A stretch of 64,000 nucleotides of DNA. Source: Malacoraja senta. Lineage: Eukaryota. The stretch spans positions 1 to 64,000 of the forward strand of contig JAXLNO010000143.1 of assembly GCA_038087875.1 (NCBI GenBank), given 5' to 3'. The notes under the pieces are model-generated. The model was not told the DNA's origin and did not search any database. It worked only from the letters and a program-made list of their open reading frames with translations. A program made the position numbers and the translations under genes. This document shows positions 1-13,474 of this stretch, in pieces; the stretch's first letter is position 1, and every line of letters starts with the position of its first letter.

Positions 1-1686
1 ACAATCTTCCTGATATAGTAGTGGCCCGAGGATCTGGGGTGACAGAGGAACTGAAGGAATTCCACATTAGGCAGGACATGGTGTTGGATAGACTGATGGG
101 AATGAAGGCTGATAAATCCCCAGGGCCTGATGGTCTGCATCCCAGGGTACTTAAGGAAGTGGCTCGAGAAATCGTGGATGCATTGGTGATAATTTTCCAA
201 TGTTCTTTAGACTCAGGATCAGTTCCTGCAGATTGGAGGGTTGCTAATGTTATCCCACTTTTTAAGAAAGGCGGGAGAGAGAAAACGGAATTATAGGCCA
301 GTTAGCCTGACATCGGTGGTGGGGAAGATGCTGGAGTCAATTATTAAAGATGAGATAGCCGAATATTTGGATAACAGTAACAGGATCGGTCCGAGTCAGC
401 ATGGATTTACGAAGGGGAAATCATGCTTGACTAATCTTCTGGAATTTTTTGAAGATGTAACTAGGAAAATGGACAAGGGAGAGCCAGTGGATGTAGTGTA
501 CCTGCACTTTCAGAAAGCATTTGATAAGGTCCCACATAGGAGATTAGTGGGCAAAATTAGGGCACATGGTATTGGGGGTAGAGTGCTGACATGGATAGAA
601 AATTGGTTGGAAGACAGGAAACAAAGAGTAGGGATTAACGGGTCCCTTTCAGAATGGCAGGGAGTGACGAGTGGGGTATCACAAGGCTCGGTGCTGGGGC
701 CGCAACTATTTACAATATACATCAATGATTTGGATGAAGGGATTCAAAGTAACATTAGCAAATTTGCAGATGACACAAAGCTGGGTGGCAGTGTGAACTG
801 TGAGGAGGATGCTATGAGAATGCAGGGTGACTTAGACAGGTTGGGGAGTGAGCAGATGCATGGCAGATGAAGTTTAATCTGGATAAATGTGAGGTTATGC
901 ACTTTGGTGGCAAAAACAGGAAGGCAGATTACTATCTAAATGGCGTCAAGTTGAGTTAAGGGGAAGTACAGCGGGATCTGGGGGTCCTTGTTCATCAGTC
1001 TATGAAAGTAAGCATGCAGGTACAGCAGGCAGTGAAGAAAGGGAATGGCATGTTGGCCTTTATAACAAGAGTAGTCGAGTAGAAGAGCAAAGAGGTCTTT
1101 CTGCAGTTGTACAGAGCCCTCGTGAGACCACACCTGGAGTATTGTGTGCAGTTTTGGTCCCCTAATTTGAGGAAGGGCATTCTTGCTATTGAGGGAGTGC
1201 AGCATAGGTTTACAAGGTTAATTCCCGGGTTGGCGGGACTGACATATGCTGAGAGAATGGAGCAGCTGGGCTTGTACACTCTGGAGTTTGGAAGGATGAG
1301 AGGGTATCTCATTGAAACATATAAGATTGTTAAGGGTTTAGACACGCTAGAGGCAGGAAACATGTTCCCGATGTTGGGGGAGTCCAGAACCAGGGGCCAC
1401 AGTTTAAGAATAAGGGGTAAGCCATTTAGAACGGAGACGAGGAAACACTTTTTCTCACGGAGAGTTGTGAGCCTGTCGAATTCTCTGCCTCAGAGGGCGG
1501 TGGAGGCCGGTTCTCTGGATGCTTTCAAGAGAGAGCTCGATAGGGCTCTTAAAGATAGCGGAGTCAGGGGATATGAGGAGAAGGCAGGAACGGGGTACTG
1601 ATTGGGGATGATCAGCCATGATCACATTGAATGGCGGTGCTGGCTGGAAGGGCCGAATGGCCTGCTCCTGCACCTATTGTCTATTG
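1..1686 (+). mobile_element. CR1-clade LINE, 3' part of ORF2 (RT) plus 3' UTR, frameshifted
   Basis: ORF pieces carry KSPGPDG, NYRPVSLTS, FQKAFDKVPH, QGSVLGP and KFADDTK; ends in a (CTATTGT)-like tail. Confidence 0.92.
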
Positions 1687-1856
1687 AAGTCTGTGATTCA
1701 TGGACATCGCCAGTTGCTGTGTGTCTTCTCTGGTGATGCTCTGCCAGACCTGCATTGCAGCCATCTTTAAGCTGATGCTTGTTTTGGGGGCTAGTCCCGT
1801 TCACTTTTCTCTTCAGCATATAAAAGGCACGTTCCATTGGGTTCAGATCGGGTGAA
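1687..1856 (-). mobile_element. Tc1 transposase C-terminal fragment
   Basis: Minus strand reads SPDLNPMERAFYMLKRK, matching the Tc1 SPDLNPIE motif. Confidence 0.7.
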
Positions 1857-1861
1857 ACAGC

Positions 1862-2128
1862 TCAAATGTTAAATGCTACGAATGCATCGCGTTGGAATAA
1901 CTTTGCACCCTCCCGCAAAGTTAAATGCAGCAAATGCGTTGCATTCAAGTAATATTGCAACTCCCCCACCCCGCTTGGAAGTTCAATGCATTAAATCGCT
2001 TTGCACTAATCTTGCAAAACCCCTCAAAAATGTTAAATGCAACAAATGCATTGCATTGGAATAACTTTGCACCCTCCTCAAATGTTAAATGCAGCAAATG
2101 CGTTGCATTAAAGTAATATTGCAAATCC
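1862..2128. repeat. Degenerate tandem repeat, about 5 units of roughly 50-65 bp
   Basis: Recurring (T/A)GTTAAATGC..AATGC.TTGCATT...TTGCA blocks. Confidence 0.7.
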
Positions 2129-2129
2129 C

Positions 2130-2925
2130 CCGGGATGAGTATAGGAGCAGGGAGGTTCTACTGCAGTTGTACAGGGTCTTGGTGAGACCACACCTGGAGT
2201 ATTGCGTACAGTTTTGGTCTCCAAATCTGAGGAAGGACATTATTGCCATAGAGGGAGTGCAGAGAAGGTTCACCAGACGGATTCCTGGGATGTCAGTACT
2301 TTCATATGAAGAAAGACTGGATAGACTCGGCTCATACTCGCTAGAATTTAGGAGATTGAGAGGGGATCTTATAGAAACTTACATAATTCTTATGGGGTTG
2401 GACAGACTAGATGCAGGAAGATTGATCCCAATGTTGGGGAAGTCCAGAACAAGGGGTCACAGTTTAAGGATAAGGGGGAAGTCTTTTAGGACCTAGATGA
2501 GAATGTGTGTGCCTTTAAGGAATGTGTCCTGGGCCTCCTCCTTTGCCAGATTGAGGCTGTACACAACATGGAGGAACAACTCACTACCCAGTGATGTAAA
2601 CATTGGATTCTCTGAGTTAAGGTAACTTCTACATATGCTCCCCTTCCTCCTCTCCCCCCCCCCTCCACCCTCCCACCCCCTTCTTGCACTAAAAGTCAGT
2701 TAACTAGTTCCACAGTTCACAATATATTACTCAGTTTCACATCATCCCTAGCAGACAATCAGCCTTTCAGTGAGATATAGCTCTAAGAGCTAACAGAATG
2801 AAGGGATATGGGGAGAAAGCAGGAACGGGGTACTGATTCTGGATGATCAGCCATGATCATATTGAATGGCGGTGCTGGCTCAAAGGGCCATATGGCCTAC
2901 TCCTGCACCTATTTTCTATGTTTCT
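2130..2925 (+). mobile_element. CR1 3' fragments (2130-2500 and about 2780-2925)
   Basis: LYRVLVRPHLEYCVQFWSP...TRGHSLRI, and the same 3' UTR as 1570-1686. Confidence 0.85.
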
Positions 2926-3011
2926 GTACTGTCCTTGCCTGAGGTAATCTGTTGCCGGTCCTGATTTGTCCTGGTCCTTTCTTGCTTCCAATCCACCCCC
3001 TCCCACGCACA

Positions 3012-3240
3012 ATCAGTCCGAAGAAGGGTCCTGATCCGAAACGTCACCTATCCATGTTCTCCAGAGATGCTGCCTGACCCACTGAGTTACTCCAACACTC
3101 TGTGAAACATCACCTATCCATGTTCTCCAGAGATGCTACCTGTCCCGCTGAGTTACTCCAACACTCTGTGAAACGTCACCTATCCATTTTCTCCAGAGAT
3201 GCTGGCTCACCTGCTGAGTTACTCCAGCACTTTGTGTCTA
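3012..3240 (+). repeat. Penelope-terminus-derived short repeat with its ~66-bp 3' portion triplicated
   Basis: GAAAC(G/A)TCACCTATCCAT..TCTCCAGAGATGCT...GAGTTACTCCA occurs three times in tandem. Confidence 0.75.
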
Positions 3241-3261
3241 TCATTAAGAACCTTTGGTGTG

Positions 3262-3498
3262 ACAGACCCTGGTTCGATCCTGACTACGAGTGCTGTCCCT
3301 ACGGAGTTCGTATGTTCTCCCCGTGACCGCGTGGGTTTTCTCCGGGTGCTCCGGTTTCTTCCCACATCCCAAAGACATGGAGGTTTGTAGGTTAATTGGC
3401 TTCTGTACATTGTCCCTAGTGTGTAGGATGATCATTGGCTGGAGCGGACTCGGTGGGCCGAAGGACCTGTTTCCACGCTGTATCACTCAACTAAACTA
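3262..3498 (+). mobile_element. tRNA-derived HE1-like SINE (other copies at about 3720-3865, 4995-5822, 40841-41140, 44515-44790, 46171-46440)
   Basis: B box GGTTCGATCC, conserved body, CR1-like tail GGGCCGAAGG.CCTGTTTCC and a (CTAAA)n end. Confidence 0.8.
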
Positions 3499-4159
3499 AT
3501 TATTTGGTTTTGCAAAGCTTGAAGATGTATGAGAAAATAAGGTGGAGTAATCTCCAAAGTTTAAAAGTTTTAATGTATCTGAGAACCAAGTGAAAATAGA
3601 ATGGGAACACAGGGAATGTTGATGTTGGAATCTGGAGCAAAACACAAAGTGCTGGAGTAACTCAGCAGGTTAGGCAGCATCTGTGGAAGGAATGGGCAGG
3701 CAAAGTCATTAGCATGGGCATCCAAAGATGTGCAGATTATTGGCTTCTGTAAATTGGCCCTAGTGTGTAGGATAGTACTAGTGTACAGGTGATCGCTGGT
3801 CAGCGTGGACTCGGTGGGCCGAAGGGCCCATTTCCACGCTGTATCTCTGAAAGCAAAACTAAAAGGTATGTAGCATGACTTTTGCGACGTTTTGCATCAG
3901 CATCTTTTGATCATTTCAGTGTTCATCAGGGTTAAACACTGTTTGACTAGCAGTTTAGAAGCATAATTAGATCACAATATAGGAAGAGTTTACAGACCAT
4001 ACATGAGAAGACCATACATGAGAAGTTGCACATTCCACGACTATTCATGTTTAAAAGAACATATTAATCAAAATGGTAAACTGATTTCTGGACTTGTTGT
4101 GATTCTCACTTCTCCAATTCATTTGGATCATTAGACTATTTATGGGAAACATCTGTCTA

Positions 4160-4560
4160 ACCAGAACCAGCGACGGCTGGTAGGGGGGAAGGTGAGGACA
4201 AGGGGGATTCTGTCCTTGTTACGAGTAGGGGGATGGGGAGTGAGAGCAGAGCTGCGGGATATAGAGGAGACCCTGGTGAGAGCCTCATCTATAATCGAAG
4301 AGGGGAACCCCCGTTCCCTAAAGAATGAGGACTTCTCCGATGCCCTGGTCTGGAACACCTCATCCTGGGTGCAGATGCGGTGTAGATGGAAGAATTGGGA
4401 GTGGGGGAGGAATGGGTAGAAGGGAGAATATGAAAACAAAGAACTGCTGATGCTGGACATAAAATGCTGGAGTAACTCAGCAGGTCAGACAGCATCTCTG
4501 GATAGAAGGAATGGGTGACGTTTTGGGTCGAGACCCTTCTTCAGACTGCTCCACTGCAGA
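4160..4560 (-). mobile_element. Penelope-like element fragment plus terminal-repeat fragment
   Basis: HRICTQDEVFQTRASEKSSFFRERGFP (post-RT region); hammerhead-like motif at about 4516-4545. Confidence 0.75.
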
Positions 4561-5179
4561 TGCTGGTCTACACAAAATATCTGAGTGGGACAGTATCTCT
4601 GGAGAACATGGATAGGCAATGTTTTGGGTCGGTAATAATGTTAATTGTATCCCTTCGTTATAACCACTTCCCCAGCCAACAATGGGCCATTATGGGCTCC
4701 ACCCTTCCTTGGTCATCTGTTGCTGGCCCTGATTTGTTCTATATTGGTCCGTGTGTTTAAGAGAGTTAGATTTAGCTCTTAGGGCTAATGGAATAAAGGG
4801 ATATGGGGAGAAATCAGGAACAGGGTACTGATTCTGGATGATCAGCCATGATCATATTAAATGGCGGTGCTGGCTCAAAGGGTCGAATGGCCTACTCCTG
4901 CACCTATTTTCTATGTTTCTATTCTATTCTTACCTCCAATTCCCTCCCCTCTATTTTCAGTCTGAAGGAGAGTCCCGACCCGAAACGTCACCCACGTTAG
5001 AGCTGCTGCCTTACAGAGCCAGGGACCCAGGTTCGATCCACACTATGAGTGCTGTCTGTATGGAGTTTTACGTTCTCCCCGTGACCTTTGTGGGATTTCT
5101 CCAGGTGCTCCGTTTTCCTCCCACATGCCAAAGACGCTAGGGTTTTAATTGGCTTCGGTAAAAATTATAAATTACCCCG

Positions 5180-5722
5180 AATTGGTAAAGCTGCATCAAT
5201 CTTCAGATAAATGCAGCCAATATGGTCTAGTGGTGGGATATCCAAGATGCTAAAATTCAAACTCTTCCAGTCCGTAGTCCACCCTACAGCTCTCTGTGCC
5301 ACTGAGACATGGAAAATCAATGTGAAGATGAAAATAAATTGGATGCATCCCAACAACGCTGCTTGAGGAGGATCCTGAAGACTAGCTACAGAGACCACAT
5401 CACAAACGAGGAGATCTACCGGGAAACTGCAACAAAGCCTCTCATCCAGGACATGGAGGGACGCAGGATGAAATTTGCAGGACATGTACTCAGAATGTCA
5501 GCAGAACGTGCACCTAAGATAGCAATGATATGGCAAGCTGACGGAAGAAGTAAAAGAGGCCGACCAAAACTCACATGAGGTGAACATTCTGGTAGGATTT
5601 GGAATCCCCGGGACGCTAACCTATCGAGGGTGGAAGACATCGCACATAACCGAACAGAATGGCCAAAGCTTGCTGCCCAATGCACTCAACAGTGTGGGAG
5701 GAACTAAGTCTAAGTAAGTAAG
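5180..5722 (+). mobile_element. RTE-clade LINE 3' fragment inserted in an HE1-like SINE
   Basis: QRCLRRILKTSYRDHITNEE...FAGHVLRM...RGRPK, a (TAAG)n tail, and SINE halves on both sides. Confidence 0.8.
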
Positions 5723-6530
5723 TGTGTGTAGGATAGCGTTAGTGTGCGGGGATCGCTGGTCGGCATGGACTCGGTGGGCTGAAGTGGGCGGTTTCCGTGC
5801 TGTATCTCTAAACAAAACAAAAAAATTACCCATCGTTTTCCTCCAGATATGTTGCCCGGCCCATTGAGTAACTCCAGCACTTTGTGTCTATCTCGATAAT
5901 GTTATTGAAGGGAGTTACCATAAATAGTGCGTGAACAGCTTAGTGGGAAATCAGGCGTGTGCTTGGATCTGTGATGTGTAAGAGATGGCTGTACTCCCAA
6001 TACCTAATCCATACCATGGAACCAATCTCAGAACAACAAATAAACAACATGCAGAGAGCAGCGGTTAAGGTCAGAGCAGAAAAATAACAGCCGCCAAAGC
6101 CTAGTGCGTTAAATATCTCAAAACTTTATTTCAAAAAACAAATTGATGCACTGAAATTCATTAATAATAGCTATTTTCTTAAAAACTAATTAAAACAGGG
6201 AATATTCAAAACTATTTACAAAAGTATATATACAGAAGGTTTCACTGATACCGCAGGCAATTTGTGTTTAACATCTGTGTCCAATACCGTAGATTACATT
6301 TTCTTTTTACATTAGTGCACTCAATGCTGAGAGAAAGCGCCGAGATTTTGAAACGTTCATGTAGGTGGTGGTTCGGGGCAGTCTGTGTGTGATGAACATA
6401 TTAGTTACTGGTGTTTCAGCTAAGGTGGACCGGATGAAGGAAGAGAAGGGAAAAAAAGAGTAGGAACTCCAGATCTTTGTTTGTGAGCTTCTTCGAATAC
6501 TTGCTCACTGGAGATCATAGGCACATGGTT

Positions 6531-6533
<3 letters not shown>

Positions 6534-6587
<54 letters not shown>

Positions 6588-6820
6588 AAGAGAGAGAGAG
6601 AAAGAGAGAGAGAGTAAGAGAGACAGAGGAAGAGAGAGAGACAGAGAAAGAGAGAGGGTGACAGTGAGTGAGTGTGACAGTGAGAGACTGAGTGTGAGTG
6701 TGAGTGAGTTTGTTAGTGAATGCGAGTGAGTGTGAGTGAGTAAGAGTGAGTGAGAGAGTATGAGTGAGTGAGTGAGTGTGAGTAAATGAGTGAGTGAGAG
6801 TGAGTGAGAGAGTGAGTGTA
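6534..6820. repeat. (GA)n / (GAGT)n compound microsatellite
   Basis: Seen directly. Confidence 0.95.
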
Positions 6821-7769
6821 GTGGCCGTTTGGCTTAATTTTTTGTATCATAAATTATGGAATTTGCCTTTAAATGTTGTCTGCCTGTAATTATGTGGGTG
6901 GGATATATTATGTAGTCGGAGGCATGTTTGCTGCTGGGATTCTTGGAAGAAGCTTGTAGGTTTTTATTTAGTTCGGAGGAAGCATGGTGGGACAGTATAG
7001 CTTTCGACCAATGGTCAGAGCTTTCCAACACCAAAGACGTTTTCTAATGTTTCGGAGCCACATGCTGGAGTTTGACGAAGATTAAAATGTACTTATCAAG
7101 AAGTGGTTTAGATGAATATCTGACTGTTTTACTTTGACAATAAAGAAACTATTAATCAAGAGAGTTTGTTTTGATGATTTATCTTTCTACGACTTTGAAT
7201 GTCTCGTGGAGAGTTCCCATTCGTAAAACGACGCTATCTCCTCACCCCGTGTCTTCTCCTAGTGGGTAGAGGGAGCAAATCCTTGAACAATATAATAATC
7301 TGCCACTATATCGTCGAAAGCTACCTTACAGTCAGGAGGTGGTAGAAGAGGGACAGATTGGCCTGAATCTCTGGAGAGAGATTACGCCCGAAAATTAGTA
7401 CCAGAAGAGGAACTGAAGACTGGTTCCTTGGAAGAGGAACTGAAGAAAATAGATCTCGGCCAGCCAGGTTTACTCCTGGAGCCTTTTCCATGACTGGATA
7501 TAGCCACAAGGCAGTGGAGGTTTTAAATCAGAGTTTTCCATCTCCTAGATGAACTGCCTTCCCAGGCTGACGAGCCCCATCTGCCCGAGACTCGTGGGGA
7601 CGGGAGCGTCTACCTTCCCGTGCAGGTCTACAGCACCTGCCCACTGCCCAGAATCGTGTGTAGAACAACTATTCTACTATGTTGAATTCAGAAGCTGGAA
7701 TGTTTACTTCAAACAGCTTCTGAAGTGTCTGGAGAAATTTAGTTCTGCTAAAGTTTGGAAAGAAGCCAA

Positions 7770-8130
7770 GAAGCTTGTTCGCTTGCCAGCCTGGAAAACA
7801 GGAAACAGGAGCCACGCAACAAGGTGCTGGAATGGAAGAGGTGATTACACCACAAGATAATATTTCAAATGTATCTACACAAAGATTAGGACATAAATCT
7901 GGTTCTATAGCCAGTAAAGCATCAAGGGCCTTTGCTCGAATGGAAGTTGAAGTTGATCTAGCTGCACTCTCAATAGAATCAAATAGCTTGGAGAAGAAAC
8001 ATGAGATTGAGCGACAAGAAGAACAGCTGAGAGAAGAGATGAAGCGACAAGAAGAAGAGATAAGGTAACGAAAAGCACACCTGTAACTAGCCACAAAGTT
8101 GGTGGTTGCCAAATCGATGATGGAGATAAT
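7770..8130 (+). mobile_element. Possible Bel/Pao gag N-terminal remnant
   Basis: DNISNVS...SIASKASRAFARMEVE...LEKKHEIERQEEQLR resembles the coiled-coil gag starts of vertebrate Bel/Pao elements; recalled similarity only. Confidence 0.4.
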
Positions 8131-8855
8131 GAAAAGTGAGGGTTTGTAGATTAATCCTTATTGATCCATGCCATTTATAATCTCCACTACACATATGTGC
8201 ATGCCACCGTTTACATGGTATTACGGTACGACACAGCTTTACATTAGCAAGGTCAGCTTGCTCTCGCTCTCTCTCTCACACAAGCCACGCTGAGCTGAAC
8301 GAGAATGTCTGGCAGTTTAAATGTTCCTGTATACTTATGGAATAAAGACTGATCTTTTACCATATGTATTATTGTGGATTAATCATAAACATGGTGTCAG
8401 AAGTGGGATTGAGCCATGTCTCCGACCCTTTTGCCTGAATTTATTTTACTTTTTTTTTACAACGAACCATCGCTCGCTTATTATGGCTGAGTCTTTTCGT
8501 AAACCAGATCCTTTAATGTTCGACAGCGAATTTGCCGAACGTAGGCACATCTTCAAAGTGGAATTCGGAATTTTCATAGATGCTGCCCACCCAGGGACTG
8601 CTCCATAACTGTCGTAACTGCTGTGGCTCACACCCGAAATTCTGTGAGCAATGCCCCACTTACGACAAAACTTGCCACTACTGTAAAAAGAAAGGCCACT
8701 TTATCCGGTGCTGCCACGCTCGTGACAACAGGGCCCAGTCACAACCAAAGATTATAGAGGAGCAAGATGCGCCACTCAGCGAAAAACGCGTAGTATGACG
8801 TGTGATTGTCGACGCCATTTTATAGGGCATTTTATAGGGCAGCCCGCACACTGTA

Positions 8856-10015
8856 ATGGCGTCCACATCTACAGCTCGATGTAAATTGCTCTAATCGCCG
8901 ATGTTGACAACTCAACCTGTCTTTCTTCAGGTTCCCCAACAACAAAGAAAGGTGAGGAAATATTATTGTTTTCCATCGACATTATGTCGTCCTGAAAATG
9001 TTATTTTTTGCTCCCCTATCGACACTCATTGGGAAACTAGTGTTGTTGGTACGTTAGAAAGTTACAAGATTTTTTTTAATAAATCTAAACTTACCACAAT
9101 AATAAAGTCAGCATTTTTTGTTCTTCTGTACATTTTTCTTTTGTTTCTGTCCGGCAGGAGTCTCCAAAATATGGTCCGTAGGGAGAGAGGGAGAGAGAGA
9201 GAGATGGGGAGAGAGACACATCAGGCCCATCACAAGATTTTAACCTCAGATTCGAGTCGGGGAGCGCAGCTACCCGGGGCTGCTCTTAGTGTAGTTACCA
9301 ATTAGATCCCTCGAATTGTCAGAGCCGAGACATCGCTGGGCCGCCGTGAAGAAGGGTGCAATGGTGCGGTGCGGGGTTCGGCGGCGGTCAAAATGGGACG
9401 GCTGTGCGTTATAACGTTCCATCGTTCCTCTCTCTCCCCTTCTCTCTCTGCCCCCTCCATCTCTCTCTCCCTCTCTCCCTCTCTCTCTCCTCTCCCTGTC
9501 TCTCTCTATCTCGGTCTCTGCCCCATCTGCCTTTCTCTCTCTCCCTCCCCTCTCTCTCTGTCTGTCTCTGCCTGAGAGTTGGTAGTCTTGCTAGTGTCTT
9601 AGGTCCAAAAGAGGATAAAAAGAAAATACTTTAAATGGTCTACATTAGAAGTTTTAAATAATCTCTACTACATTAGTGGCAAAATGCATCTTCAATATAC
9701 AGGTCTCTCCCCACAACTGAACAATTGCACTTAAATGATATATCATCCATTCTGCAGATATGTAGTTATAACTACATTTTTTCCTTCTTAGTTAATCCAA
9801 TATGAGATTTTCTGTAATTTCAGATGTCGACAGCGGGTCCAGAATACTCGTCGACAAGATCTCCACCACCAAACTCTGGTGTACTTGTCAACCACCTGCC
9901 GTCTTTATTCTGAACACTGAACTTGACTAGTTTTCCAACAGGCAGACCAATGACAGGCTAAATTGCAATGCAGTTCCAACGCTATTTGACATCCCGAACA
10001 CGCCGAAACGTCTGT
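8856..10015 (+). pseudogene. Two-exon THAP zinc-finger remnant (exon 1 8856-8951, exon 2 9824 to about 10015)
   Basis: VNCSNRRC*QLNLSFFRFPNNKE-R across a GT..AG intron, then CRQRVQNTRRQDL...CRLYSEH...NAVPTLFDIP; contains stops and frameshifts. Confidence 0.8.
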
Positions 10016-10521
10016 TTTCCCAAGAGGAAGAATTAGAACCTCCCGTTACCCACACAAAATTGTGCAAATGACGATTTATTTATTATTGTATATAGGTTGG
10101 AAATTTTGTTCTTTGGGGTAAGCAAGGGGTGGGGCTATCATTATCACTTTCAAAACACTGCAACCCCCTGTATATGTCGTGCACAAAATGATGCGAATTA
10201 TGTAAATATTACCATAAATGACGGAAATAAAAAGTGTTTTCATTGTTTATAAAGTTCAATTTAGAGTTATTTGAAACTGTGAAGGTTAGTGCAATATAGG
10301 GCTGACCCACAAATGTGTCGTTATGAGACATTCACATTTAAAAAATCCATGTCTCAAAAAAAAGCAAGAAGGTCCCCATATTATTTGACCAACTTATCGA
10401 CTGAATTTAAATATGTAGGTATGTATGCACTACATTGTGTTACGCTAATATAGAATGAAAGAATGGAAAAATATTTTGACATTGTTTTCATGGATGTTTT
10501 ATTCACAATATTAGGATTTCA

Positions 10522-10728
<207 letters not shown>

Positions 10729-13221
10729 CAGTGGCTTGTAAATGTTTTCATACCCCTTGAACTTTTCCACATTTTGTCACGTTACAACCACAAACGTAAA
10801 TGTATTTTATTGGGATTTTATGTGATAGACCAACACAAAGTGGTGCATAATTGTGAAGTGGAAGGAAAATGATACATGGTTCTCAAATTTTTTTACAAAT
10901 AAAAAACTGAAAAGTGTGGCGTGCAAAAGTATTCAGCCCCCCCGAGTCAATACTTTGTAGAACCACCTTTCGCTGCAATTACAGCTGCAAGTCTTTTGGG
11001 GTATGTCTCTACCAGCTTTGCACATCTAGAGACTGAAATTTCTGCCTTCTTCTTTGCAAAATAACTCAAGCTCAGTCAGATTGGATGGAGAGCGTCTGTG
11101 AACAGCAATTTTCAAGTCTTGCCAGAGATTCTCAATTGGATTTAGGTCTGGACTTTGACTGGGCCATTTTATCACATGAATATGCTTTGATCTAAACCAT
11201 TCCATTGTAGCTCTGGCTGTATGTTTAGGGTCGTTGCCCTGCTGGAAGGTGAACCTCCGCCCCAGTCTCAAGTCTTTTGCAGACTCTAACAGGTTTTCTT
11301 CCAAGATTGCCCTGTATTTGGCTCCATCCATCCTCCCATCAACTCTGACCAGCTTCCCTGTACCTGCTGTAGAAAAGCATCCCCACAGCATGATGCTGCC
11401 ACCACCATGTTTCACAGTGGGGATGGTGTGTTTAGGGTGATGTGCAGTGTTAGTTTTCCGCCACACATAGCGTTTTGCATTTAGGCCAAAAACTTCAATT
11501 TTGGTCTCATACAATACAATACAATACAATACCGTTTATTATCATTTGGACCTCAAATGAAGTTCAAACGAAATTTGGTTTCTGCAGTCATACAACACGA
11601 AAAGAACCAAGACACAACACAATTTACACAAACATCCATCACAGTGAATCTCCTCCTCACTGTGATGGAAGGCAAAGTCTTGTCTCTCCCCTGCACTCCC
11701 CATTCTCCTCCCGATGTCAAAGTCAAAGCCCCCGGCGGGCAATGGCAAACAAGTCCCGCGGCCATAAAAGCCGCGCCGGGCAATGCAAGGCCACGCTCCG
11801 GGTCTCGATGTTGGAGCCCCCGGTAGCACTAGCAAGTCCCGCGGCCATTTAAAGCCGCGCCGGGCGATGCAAGACCCCGCTCCAGGCCATCTTCAACCCC
11901 ACAACTCGGGCGGGAGTAGCCGCCGTTGCGGAAGCCCCGAAAAGCGGTCTCCCACCAGGGACGCGCGAGCTCCCGATGCCACCGTCCACTGGGCCAGCGG
12001 CTGGAGCCTCTGAATCTCCGGGGCCGGGCCGCAGCAGCGCGCCACCACAGCTCCTCCCGTTCCGAACTCGGCCAGCTCCGCGATGGTGAGGAAGTCCGCC
12101 GGCTCCGCGACTGGAGCCCCAGGTCGTTTCGTTGGAGGCCGCACCACGGTGCTAGGCCCCAATGACAACGGAGACCCAACAGAGAAAGGTCGGGTCTCCC
12201 GTGCAGGGAAAATATTTTAAAAATTTCCCCACCCACCCCCCACGCATACCCAGTTAAAAACAACACTATACACTACACACTACACTCAAACGAGACAAAA
12301 AAAATTAAAAAGACAGATGGACTGCAGAGGCCGCTGCGACATGGGTCGCGCCGCCCACCGGACAAAAATGACCAGAGCACCTTCCTGGTCATCTGACCAG
12401 AGCACCTTCCTCCACATGTTTGCTGTGTCCCCCACATGGCTTGTGGCAAACTGCAAATGGGACTTCTTATGGCTTTTTTTCAACAATGGCTTGCTTCTTG
12501 CCACTCTTCCATAAAGGCCCGATTTGTGGAGTGCACGACTAATAGTTGTCCTGTGGACAGATTCTCCCACCTGAGCTGTGGATCTCTGCAGCTCCTCCAG
12601 AGTTACCATGGGCCTCTTGGCTGCTTCTCTGATCAATGCTCTTCCAGGCCTGTCAGTTTAGGTGGACGGCCATGTCTTGGTAGGTTTGCAGTTGTGCCAT
12701 ACTCTTTCCATTTTTGGATGATGGATTGAACAGTGCTCCGTGAGATGTTCAAAGCTTGGGATATTTTTTTATAACCTTACCCTGCTTTAAACTTCTCCAC
12801 AACTTTATCCCTGACCTGTCTGGTGTGTTCCTTGGGCTTCATGATGCTGTTTGTTCACTAATGTTCTCTAACAAACCTCTGAGGCCTTCACAGAACAGCT
12901 GTATTTATACTGAGATTAGATTACACACAAGTGGACTCTATTTACTAATTAGGTGACTTCTGAAGGCACTTGGTTGCACTGGATTTTAATTAGGGGTATC
13001 AGAGTAAAGGGGGCTGAATACTTATGCACGCCACACTTTTCAGTTTTTTATTTGTAAAAAAATTTGAAAACCATGTATCATTTTCCTTTCACTTCACAAT
13101 TATGCGCCACTTTGTGTTGGTCTATCACATAAAATCCCAATAAAATACATTTACGTTTGTGGTTGTAACGTGACAAAATGTGGAAAGGTTCAAGGGGTAT
13201 GAATACTTTTGCAAGCCACTG
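10729..13221 (-). mobile_element. Full-length Tc1 transposon with ~210-bp TIRs; transposase 12842 to 10947, disrupted
   Basis: TA|CAGTGGCTTG...CAAGCCACTG|TA; MKPKEH..., [25 protein letters not shown], ...GGSTKY*. Confidence 0.95.
11511..12368 (-). mobile_element. GC-rich non-coding retroposon with AATAAA and a (TTGTA)n tail, inserted in the Tc1
   Basis: Splits the Tc1 sequence TTGGTCTCAT|CTGACCAGAG; its 3' end resembles Rex1/Babar-type tails. Confidence 0.75.
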
Positions 13222-13474
13222 TATGTGTGTGCATACAAACATGTATATGTATGTATATGTATATACACATATATTGTGATATATATATATATATATATAT
13301 ATATTTGCATATATATATATTGTGATACACACACACACACGCACAAATATATATATACACACACAGATTGAAAGAAAAAGGTTGCTAAAGAAATTAGAGG
13401 AAATCTGAAGAAAGAAACTAGAGAAATATGTCAAGTCACTTTTATTTATATAGCCCATTTAAAAAACAACTCTC

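Noticed and set aside
11475..12266. Overlapping GC-rich ORFs (also 42938-43756)
   Set aside because: Expected from stop-poor GC-rich sequence; open in several frames with no domain.
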